The position numbers were made by a program, and so were the translations under genes. Below, in pieces: positions 56,425-64,000 of a DNA stretch of 64,000 nucleotides (position 1 is its first letter; each line of letters starts with the position of its first letter). Below the pieces are notes generated by a model. It did no database searches, was not told the DNA's origin, and saw nothing but the letters and a program-made list of their open reading frames with translations. The DNA is taken from positions 4,062 through 68,061 of the forward strand of contig JAGXHJ010000074.1 of NCBI GenBank assembly GCA_024636315.1, in the 5' to 3' direction. The DNA is from Methylophaga sp. (GTDB lineage: Bacteria > Pseudomonadota > Gammaproteobacteria > Nitrosococcales > Methylophagaceae).

Positions 56425-57294
56425 TTATGACTTCTTTTTTTTGAAGTCTTTAGTTAAATGTAAGTTCAGTGGCGAGCGATTACACCCTTTTGCCACAAAT
56501 CCTTGCCATGATTCTGGCAAGTCATCCATTATTTTTTGCGCTTGTTGTTGACTATTAACATCAACAAAAACACATGCACCCGTCCCAGTCATTCTTGCTT
56601 GGCCGTACTGCGCTAACCAAGATAATGATTCGGCCACAGCTGGATAATGGTCTTTCACTACATCTTCACAAACATTTCTGCCTTCCCCCGAAAGGAAGCG
56701 CGATATTGTGATAGGTTCACAGTCTCGAGTCAACTCTGTTGCAGAAAATATTTCACTCGTGGACACTTGGCATGGTGGGACAATCACCACATACCAAGGC
56801 TCAGAGGGTGAAATAGGACTTAGTTTTTCACCCACGCCTTCAGCCCAAGCGGCATGACCATGAATAAAAATAGGGACATCCGCGCCTAATCCCAAGCCGA
56901 TTTGTGCTAATTCATCATTTGATAACTGACAATCCCATAGCTGATTAAGCGCCACTAATGTAGTGGCGGCATTGGAACTACCGCCGCCCAAACCGCCGCC
57001 CATAGGTAGGCGTTTATCCAAAGAAATTAGGGCGCCTTTAGCAGTGCCCACATATTGCTGTAATGCTCTTGCTGCGCGAACAATTAAATTACTATCATGC
57101 TCAACGCCCTCTATTTGCGTCAATAGTTGAATATTGGGCGCAAAAGTAGCTTCAAAAGATAAGGTATCGCCATAATCTAAAAACTGAAATACCGTTTGTA
57201 GCTCATGATAGCCGTCACTGCGGCGACCGGTAATATGCAAAAAAAGATTTAATTTTGCAGGTGATGGCCAAGCGGTCACTCGATATGATTCCAT
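56425..57294 (-). CDS. ispE: 4-(cytidine 5'-diphospho)-2-C-methyl-D-erythritol kinase
   Basis: 289 aa with PAKLNLFLHITGRRSDGYH and the GHMP motif MGGGLGGGSSNAA. Confidence 0.95.
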   Translation of the reverse strand: MESYRVTAWPSPAKLNLFLHITGRRSDGYHELQTVFQFLDYGDTLSFEATFAPNIQLLTQIEGVEHDSNLIVRAARALQQYVGTAKGALISLDKRLPMGGGLGGGSSNAATTLVALNQLWDCQLSNDELAQIGLGLGADVPIFIHGHAAWAEGVGEKLSPISPSEPWYVVIVPPCQVSTSEIFSATELTRDCEPITISRFLSGEGRNVCEDVVKDHYPAVAESLSWLAQYGQARMTGTGACVFVDVNSQQQAQKIMDDLPESWQGFVAKGCNRSPLNLHLTKDFKKKKS

Positions 57295-57887
57295 CTAGTA
57301 ACCGCTAGTCGGAGACTCAGGTCTTGATTCTTAATAAAAATCTTTGTGGGCAGAGAATAGATTCCAAAGGGCACATATTTTAAAAAGCTAATATCCCAGT
57401 CTTGTTGAACAAGGTGCGTTACTTGTCCTTCCGTATCTAACTCCAATCGATCAATAGTGATTGCAGAATATGGAATTCCGCGCACCCAATCTCGTAATGC
57501 ACTAACGGGTAACTGAATGCCAAGGGCTTCTTTAATTAATATTTCAGGATCGGAAGCTGATATTTTCTGACCATCCGTCATGGTCAACACTGCTTGACTG
57601 GCATCACCTTCAAGGGTGATGCCCCCCTGGGAAAAGGGGCCCTCTATCTTGATTTGATAAGCACCGCGGCTTTCTTGCCAGCGTAAGCCGGCATTCCATC
57701 CTTCTTTGCCTTGTGTAATCGCCGTGCGCCCTTGAAGTTGCCATTGATCAAACTGAACTAAAGCCTGATGGCGCACCTGCCATAATAAATCAGGCTCACT
57801 CGCTGGTCGTTGTTGCCAGAGTGGTGCACAGGCTGTTGTCGTCAACAAGAGTGCAATAATTGCCACGAATCTCATTAGTAATCTCAC
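57276..57887 (-). CDS. lolB: outer-membrane lipoprotein LolB
   Basis: 203 aa with a lipoprotein signal (LLLTTTAC). It lies between the TPR gene and ispE, as in other gammaproteobacteria. Confidence 0.85.
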   Translation of the reverse strand: MRLLMRFVAIIALLLTTTACAPLWQQRPASEPDLLWQVRHQALVQFDQWQLQGRTAITQGKEGWNAGLRWQESRGAYQIKIEGPFSQGGITLEGDASQAVLTMTDGQKISASDPEILIKEALGIQLPVSALRDWVRGIPYSAITIDRLELDTEGQVTHLVQQDWDISFLKYVPFGIYSLPTKIFIKNQDLSLRLAVTRWNHIE

Positions 57888-59647
57888 AAGCCAAATCGAG
57901 ACATCGTATTCAGGATAAGCTTATTGTTACCATCCTTTTTCAGGCCATCATTCCAGGCTTTTTTTGCTTCTGTATATTTACCTTGTTGCCATAATATCTC
58001 ACCTAAATGAGCCAAGAATTCTGGATCCGCTTGAATTGCAACGGCCTGTTTCATAAGTAGTTCTGCTTGTTCCAAATGGCCTAAATGATAATGGACCCAC
58101 GCCAAACTATCCAAATAATAAGCATCATTCGGTTTTAATTCGACCGCTTTATTTATCAATGCTAATGCTTCTTGATGGCGGTCAGTTCGATCAGTCAAGG
58201 TATAACCTAATGCATTTAGGGCATGACTATTGTTAGGTTCTTTTTCTAGAATAGCGCGTAGGTCCGCTTCCAAAACACTTAAATAATTCAGCGGCTCGGC
58301 AACCATAGCACGCCCATAAAGCAATTCTGTTTGTCCTGGAAATTGCTTTAAGGCCTCATTATATAAATCAAATGCAGCTTGATCTTGATCACGCTCTCTT
58401 AAAAATGCTGCTTCAAATAAGTAATATTGCAGGGCTTTGCTAGGCTGTTCCGTGCGTAGTAATTTTAAGTGCAGTCTAGCTTTATTCATTTGACCACTAT
58501 CTGCTAACAAATTGACATAGCTCGACTGTGCGGCCTGAAAACGTTGACTATCCGCGGGCACAGATGCAAACCAAATCATTGCCGCTTCATTATTCTGACT
58601 TATCTCTTCCGCCAGCCCCATGAAATATGCCGCTTGTTTGCCACTATCTCCTAATGCGATCAATTGACTGAAATAGCGTTTAGCCTGCTTGCCATCTTGC
58701 TCTTGAATGGCGATTAAACCTAAGGCAAAGATAACTTCTTCGTTCTCTGGAAAGTCACTATTAAGCTGCGAGAAGATGGTGCGCGCCTCTGCCGTTTTAT
58801 TATTTTCACCCAATACTTTCGCATAGGAAAAACGCATATTCTCACTAGCGTCTTTATTGGTGGCTGGCTTTTTCAACAAGGCAATCGCCGATGTTCCTTT
58901 GCCCATTCTTTGCAATATTTCTGCTTTTAAAATAAGCGCATCTTCACGCGTAGCTTGTTCTTTAAGTACTTTATCAACATGGACTAGCGCGCTGTCGTAG
59001 TGCTTATAAAATGCCGCCATCCGCGCATAAGCAAAAATCGCTTCCGGATCATTGTCTTTATAGGCTTTTAATTGTTCCAGCACACTTAAAGCTTGTTCTG
59101 GTTGCGCCAATTCAATCAAAGTTTCAGACACTCGTGCCAAATAAAGTTGCGATTGTTCAGGAGCCAACGCTAGTGCCGTATCGACATCTTTGATAATGCC
59201 ATCATAATCACCCTTCAATAGTAGAAATGGCACTTGCATGATATAAATATCGGCATCAGTCGGATCAACCTCAATCCATCTTTTTAATGCGCGATTGATT
59301 CGCGATTGATTACGGGTGAAATTGGCAATTTGTGTCGCGCGCGCTGCCACAGCGGGAGAATCAACTAGATTTGCCGCATTGTTATACAGGTCTGCCGCAA
59401 TGCCTATTTCACCCCTTTGACCCGCTATTTCAGCCGTCAAAATGTCATAGACCAACTCTGAACTTAAGGGTAAGGCAGGTTTGTCTTCGGGTAATTCTTT
59501 TTCTGTAGGTATTACTTGTGGCGACGGGATATCTACTGGTTGAGTAGGCTTAACAGCGCACGCTACCAATAATATTGATGAAGCAAAAACGATGCTTCGT
59601 TGAAAAGAAGACACTGAACGAAGCCAGTGCAATGATGATAAATCCAT
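57884..59647 (-). CDS. TPR-repeat lipoprotein
   Basis: The ORF extends to 59701. The likely start is MDLSSLHW at 59647, which gives the lipobox ILLVAC. There are many TPR-like repeats. The gene is divergent from hemA. Confidence 0.8.
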   Translation of the reverse strand: MDLSSLHWLRSVSSFQRSIVFASSILLVACAVKPTQPVDIPSPQVIPTEKELPEDKPALPLSSELVYDILTAEIAGQRGEIGIAADLYNNAANLVDSPAVAARATQIANFTRNQSRINRALKRWIEVDPTDADIYIMQVPFLLLKGDYDGIIKDVDTALALAPEQSQLYLARVSETLIELAQPEQALSVLEQLKAYKDNDPEAIFAYARMAAFYKHYDSALVHVDKVLKEQATREDALILKAEILQRMGKGTSAIALLKKPATNKDASENMRFSYAKVLGENNKTAEARTIFSQLNSDFPENEEVIFALGLIAIQEQDGKQAKRYFSQLIALGDSGKQAAYFMGLAEEISQNNEAAMIWFASVPADSQRFQAAQSSYVNLLADSGQMNKARLHLKLLRTEQPSKALQYYLFEAAFLRERDQDQAAFDLYNEALKQFPGQTELLYGRAMVAEPLNYLSVLEADLRAILEKEPNNSHALNALGYTLTDRTDRHQEALALINKAVELKPNDAYYLDSLAWVHYHLGHLEQAELLMKQAVAIQADPEFLAHLGEILWQQGKYTEAKKAWNDGLKKDGNNKLILNTMSRFGL

Positions 59648-59772
59648 AATAAAACAACCTGAACGATTGATTTTGGTAGAATGGCACATTGATTTAAACA
59701 ATCTGCCCCCAAAATATTAATTAACGGTTGTAGAGTTTACCAGCATTTAACGACGACTAATCACCAAAAAAT

Positions 59773-61032
59773 ATGCAATTTGTAACCTACGGCATCAACC
59801 ACAACACTGCACCTGTCAGCATTCGTGAAAATATTGCGTTTAATGCCGATGTGCTACCTGCGGCCTTGGCTTCGCTCAAACAGCAGCCTTATGTCCTTGA
59901 AGCGGTGATTTTGTCGACCTGTAATCGCACTGAAATTTATTGTTATATTGATGATGATTGCCAGCCCCTTATTAATAAGTGGTTGCATGAATTTCATTTA
60001 CAAGCGGAAGATTCATTAAACGAACATCTGTATTGCCATCAAGGAAACGACGCAATGCGACATTTATTACGTGTTGCCTGTGGTCTAGACTCAATGGTAC
60101 TGGGTGAATCGCAAATTCTGGGACAGATTAAAACCGCTTATAGTGATGCGCTTAATGCTGAAACATTAGGCAAAATGTTAGGGCGATTATTTCAACATGC
60201 ATTTACCGTAGCCAAACAAGTCCGTACCGATACCGCTATTGGTGATAGCCCCGTTTCTGTTGCATTTGCGGCGGTCAGTCTTGCCAAACAAATTTTCAGT
60301 AATCTAGCAGATTCCACAGCATTATTAATTGGTGCCGGTGAAACTATTGAATTAGTAGCGCGTCATCTGCATGATAATGGTGTTGGTCGCATTATTATTG
60401 CCAACCGTACTATCGAGCGCGCCCATGATTTAGCAAAGCAACTCGATGGTTATGCCATTAGTTTAAGTGAAATGCCAAACCACTTAGCCGAGGCAGATAT
60501 TGTAATTAGTTCAACAGCAAGTCAGCTACCGATACTCGGTAAAGGCACCGTTGAACGAGCACTAAAAAAGCGCAAACGCCGACCGATCTTTATGGTCGAT
60601 ATTGCTGTGCCGCGTGACATTGAACCGGAGGTAGGTAATTTAGAAGATATCTATCTTTATTGTGTAGATGATTTGCAGGGCATCATTGAAGAAAACCTGC
60701 AATCGCGACGCGAAGCAGCGGTACAAGCAGAAGAAATTATCGACAATCAAGTGGAACACTTCCTTGCTTGGCTACGCACGCAAGATGCGGTACCAGTGAT
60801 TAGAGCTATTCGTGAGAAGGCTGAGCTGGAAAGTGAACACTTACTTGAAAAAGCAAAAAAACAACTAGAACAAGGTCTACCCGTTGAAGCCGTATTAAAT
60901 GATCTGGCTAGAACTCTAACCAATAAGTTATTACATGAGCCAAGTAGACAGCTACGCCAATCAGGCTTTGATACCGACAACAATTTAATTGAAGCAGCGC
61001 GTAGCCTCTTCAATATTAAGGATTTACCGTGA
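59773..61032 (+). CDS. hemA: glutamyl-tRNA reductase
   Basis: 419 aa with [12 protein letters not shown], the catalytic Cys motif, and the NADPH motif [10 protein letters not shown]. Confidence 0.96.
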   Translation: MQFVTYGINHNTAPVSIRENIAFNADVLPAALASLKQQPYVLEAVILSTCNRTEIYCYIDDDCQPLINKWLHEFHLQAEDSLNEHLYCHQGNDAMRHLLRVACGLDSMVLGESQILGQIKTAYSDALNAETLGKMLGRLFQHAFTVAKQVRTDTAIGDSPVSVAFAAVSLAKQIFSNLADSTALLIGAGETIELVARHLHDNGVGRIIIANRTIERAHDLAKQLDGYAISLSEMPNHLAEADIVISSTASQLPILGKGTVERALKKRKRRPIFMVDIAVPRDIEPEVGNLEDIYLYCVDDLQGIIEENLQSRREAAVQAEEIIDNQVEHFLAWLRTQDAVPVIRAIREKAELESEHLLEKAKKQLEQGLPVEAVLNDLARTLTNKLLHEPSRQLRQSGFDTDNNLIEAARSLFNIKDLP

Positions 61033-62123
61033 AAGATTCCATAAAAAATAAGCTAGAAAGCTTAATTGAACGCCAAGAAGAAATTAGCGGTTTATTATCC
61101 GACCCCCAAACTATGGCCGATCAAAATAAATTTCGCACACTCTCCCAAGAATATGCGCAATTAGAGCCGGTAGTACAAAACTTCACTGCCTATAAAGCAT
61201 CTTTAAAAGCCATTATTGATGCTAAAACGATGATGCAAGAAGATGATGCTGAAATGCGAGAAATGGCTAAAGAGGAACTTGCGGAAGCGGAAGCCGATGA
61301 AAAAGCGCTCGAGCTCACCTTGCAAAAACTATTATTACCGAAGGATCCTAACGATCAGCGAAATATCTTCCTTGAAGTCCGTGCCGGTACGGGTGGTGAT
61401 GAAGCGGCCCTTTTTTCTGGTGATTTGTACCGTATGTACACTCGCTATGCTGAATCAAAACGCTGGAATGTAGAAATCATCAACGCCCAAGAAGGTGATC
61501 ATGGTGGCTATAAAGAAGTAATACTACGTATCGTCGGTGATGGTGCTTATTCACGGCTCAAGTTTGAGTCTGGCGCTCACCGTGTTCAGCGCGTTCCAGA
61601 AACTGAATCACAGGGACGTATCCATACTTCTGCCTGCACGATAGCCGTGATGCCAGAAGCGGATGAGATTGATGAAATTGAAATTAATCCCGCGGATTTG
61701 AAAGTCGATACTTTCCGCTCGCAAGGCGCCGGTGGACAACATGTTAATACCACCGATTCAGCTATTCGAATCACCCACATTCCAACCGGCACCATCGTCG
61801 AGTGTCAGGAAGAACGTTCGCAACATAAAAACCGTGCTACAGCGATGTCAGTTCTGAAAGCGCGCATCATGGCAGCCAGACATGAAAAACAAGATGCAGA
61901 ACAAGCAGAAACGCGTAAATCATTAGTCGGTAGTGGTGATCGTAGTGAGCGGATCCGTACTTATAACTACCCACAAGGTCGCGTAACCGATCATCGCATC
62001 AATCTAACCTTATACAAGTTAGCTGAAATCATGGGTGGCGACCTAGATGAAGTCATTGAACCGCTAATTCATGAATATCAAGCCGATCAGCTAGCTTCGT
62101 TAGCAGGTGAAAATGAGCTATAA
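61029..62123 (+). CDS. prfA: peptide chain release factor 1
   Basis: 364 aa with the GGQ motif ([15 protein letters not shown]) and a PET-type tripeptide (VPETE). The GTG start overlaps the hemA stop (GTGA). Confidence 0.96.
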   Translation: MKDSIKNKLESLIERQEEISGLLSDPQTMADQNKFRTLSQEYAQLEPVVQNFTAYKASLKAIIDAKTMMQEDDAEMREMAKEELAEAEADEKALELTLQKLLLPKDPNDQRNIFLEVRAGTGGDEAALFSGDLYRMYTRYAESKRWNVEIINAQEGDHGGYKEVILRIVGDGAYSRLKFESGAHRVQRVPETESQGRIHTSACTIAVMPEADEIDEIEINPADLKVDTFRSQGAGGQHVNTTDSAIRITHIPTGTIVECQEERSQHKNRATAMSVLKARIMAARHEKQDAEQAETRKSLVGSGDRSERIRTYNYPQGRVTDHRINLTLYKLAEIMGGDLDEVIEPLIHEYQADQLASLAGENEL

Positions 62124-62171
62124 CCTCTAACATCCTTGCATGTTAATTAGATTTTAAATTAAGGAGACCCC

Positions 62172-62675
62172 GTGGCTGTTAAAGAACAACTATCCCAACA
62201 AGACTATGTCAAAAAATGTAAAAAAGCCGCTGAACAAGGTCATGTCATTGCACAAAATACCTTAGGTTTTCTCTATCTCAACGGTCAAGGCGTTAATAAA
62301 GATTATGCCGAAGCGGTAAAATGGTATCGCCGCGCCGCTGAACAAGATTATGACGTGGCTCAGTTCAACCTTGCCATCATGTATAAACTCGGCAATGGTG
62401 TTGAACAAAATCATACACAAGCCCTAAAATGGATGACAGTCGCTGCAGAGCAAGGGCATGCTGATGCACAAAGCAATCTTGGTAATATGTATTACCAAGG
62501 TTTAGCAGTAATGCAAGATTATGTGATTGCCTATAAGTGGTGGTTACTGGCTGAAAACAATGGTAGCAAGGATCTAGAACACAATAAAAAAGAGTTATTG
62601 AAAAAAATGCAGCCATCTCAAATCAATGATGCTGAACAATCAGCCCAAGAGTGGATACAACAACATGGTCAATAA
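62172..62675 (+). CDS. Sel1-repeat (TPR-like) protein
   Basis: 167 aa with four tandem Sel1 units of about 36 aa each (AAEQGHxxAQxNLGxMYxxGxGVxxDYxxAxKWY). The GTG start is preceded by aaggag. Confidence 0.8.
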   Translation: MAVKEQLSQQDYVKKCKKAAEQGHVIAQNTLGFLYLNGQGVNKDYAEAVKWYRRAAEQDYDVAQFNLAIMYKLGNGVEQNHTQALKWMTVAAEQGHADAQSNLGNMYYQGLAVMQDYVIAYKWWLLAENNGSKDLEHNKKELLKKMQPSQINDAEQSAQEWIQQHGQ

Positions 62676-62758
62676 ACTCGACTCTCTTTTTACTACGACA
62701 TCACATCTAACTATTTAGACTAAGTTCTATAATTGGTTCCTCAAACTATAGGCATAAT

Positions 62759-63613
62759 ATGAAAACACCCAATCGACTCCAGCCCTTGGTAGATGATGGC
62801 TTAGTAGATGAAGTCATTCGCCGCTTAATGAGCGGCAAAGAAGCAGATGTGTATGTTGTACGCTGTGGCACTGATATCCGTTGCGCTAAAGTCTATAAAG
62901 AAGCGGCAAAGCGTAATTTCAAACAGGCCGTACAATACCAAGAAGGTCGTAAAGTACGTAATAGTCGACGTGCCCGTGCGATGGAAAAAGGCTCTAAATT
63001 TGGTAGAAAGCAGCAAGAAGAAACGTGGCAAAATGCTGAAGTAGATGCCCTGTATCTGTTAGCGGGTGCCGGAGTTCGCGTGCCACAACCTTATGATTGC
63101 TTAAATGGCGTGTTGATTATGGAGCTAATCACCGATGAATCGGGTGAAGTTGCACCACGATTGAATGATGTATCAATGTCAGCCGAACAAGCCATAGAAG
63201 ATCATGCTTTAGTGATGCGCGATGTAGTTCGCATGCTTTGTGCTGGCGTGGTTCATGGCGATCTATCGGAATTTAATGTACTGGTAGACGAATATGGTCC
63301 AGTGATTATTGACTTGCCACAAGCCGTTGATGCCGCGGCAAATAATAATGCCCAAGCCATGTTAACGCGGGATGTTAATAATATGGCTCGCTACTACAGT
63401 CAGTTCGCGCCTGAACTTATTCACACTCAATATGCTAAAGAAATCTGGGCCTTATATGAAGATGGCCAATTAACACCCGATGTCGAATTAACAGGTCTTT
63501 ATGCAGAAAGTACTGAAGTGGCAGATGTTGATGCAGTGATGTTAGAAATACAATCTATCTTAGCCGAAGAAGATGAAAAACAAGCACGCTTGCGTGAAGC
63601 GGATGAATCATAA
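62759..63613 (+). CDS. RIO1-like atypical serine protein kinase (bacterial RIO-type)
   Basis: 284 aa with SGKEADVY (ATP-binding loop), a catalytic VHGDLSEFNVL, a metal-binding IDLPQAV, and an acidic C-terminus. Confidence 0.8.
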   Translation: MKTPNRLQPLVDDGLVDEVIRRLMSGKEADVYVVRCGTDIRCAKVYKEAAKRNFKQAVQYQEGRKVRNSRRARAMEKGSKFGRKQQEETWQNAEVDALYLLAGAGVRVPQPYDCLNGVLIMELITDESGEVAPRLNDVSMSAEQAIEDHALVMRDVVRMLCAGVVHGDLSEFNVLVDEYGPVIIDLPQAVDAAANNNAQAMLTRDVNNMARYYSQFAPELIHTQYAKEIWALYEDGQLTPDVELTGLYAESTEVADVDAVMLEIQSILAEEDEKQARLREADES

Positions 63614-63618
63614 ACTGT

Positions 63619-63978
63619 CTATTTGAAAAAAGCGGTCTCACATTGGGTGCAGACATAATCAAATCCAGCGGTAAATTGATGATACGTTGATTGCAGGCAA
63701 CTACTACAATCACAAAAATTATCGGCTTCTGAACTATCACTAATAGCCGTATCAACTAAAACTTGGCGAGCGATAAAAAACTCGGCAATCGTTTGTTTCA
63801 TCATAGCAGTAGACTGAGCGTCGCCATCAAACTGCGCTAAGGCTTCTTGTAATAATTCTATTTGCTCAGACATAAGGAGGGCCAACTTGCCGACCTCTAA
63901 TACTTTGAGTGGTTGCTGATGTTGTATGGCATCAACGATAAGCGTGTTTTCTGGAGCAATCGTTGATACGCATTTCAA
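63619..63978 (-). CDS. hypothetical Cys-rich protein (possible C-terminal zinc ribbon)
   Basis: 119 aa with a helical N-terminal part and a C-terminal CDCSSC...(x17)...CTQC. It is convergent with the RIO kinase gene. The start is uncertain because it lies close to the window end. Confidence 0.5.
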   Translation of the reverse strand: MKCVSTIAPENTLIVDAIQHQQPLKVLEVGKLALLMSEQIELLQEALAQFDGDAQSTAMMKQTIAEFFIARQVLVDTAISDSSEADNFCDCSSCLQSTYHQFTAGFDYVCTQCETAFFK

Positions 63979-64000
63979 CGCGATGACGGTATGTAAGTTG

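Overview
Core-chromosome window from a gammaproteobacterium; the species cannot be determined from the sequence alone. About 60 genes are almost all recognisable housekeeping functions. In order they are: yidC(partial)-yidD-rnpA-rpmH | dnaA-dnaN-ybiI; a CPA2 K+/H+ antiporter; hemYXDC; argH; a RimK-ligase/M14-peptidase/GNAT-C39 trio; a TonB-dependent receptor; cbpA plus a DegP/DegQ protease; two small membrane or secreted proteins; then about 1 kb of non-coding nested repeats. Next comes an AT-rich two-gene orphan module directly downstream of glmU. This is followed by the complete atpIBEFHAGDC operon, a polytopic membrane protein, parB-parA-rsmG-mnmG, dgkA, lgt, a sigma-54-type promoter with TorF-type porin-glnK-amtB, an EamA transporter, hemE, gltD-gltB, purE-purK, ychF-pth-rplY-prs, tRNA-Gln, ispE-lolB-TPR lipoprotein | hemA-prfA, a Sel1-repeat protein, a RIO-type kinase and a small Cys-rich protein. 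The only clearly accessory stretch is about 21.5-23.9 kb. It holds a cluster of hairpin-forming repeats (two direct copies, one diverged inverted copy, one nested insertion). Beside it sits a translationally coupled pair: a 280-aa soluble protein and a 158-aa four-TM protein, with no family I can recognise. I rate this pair as the best candidate for an undescribed system, possibly a sensor plus membrane effector of defence or abortive-infection type, but that function is inference only. No CRISPR array, rRNA, transposase or integrase gene was seen.
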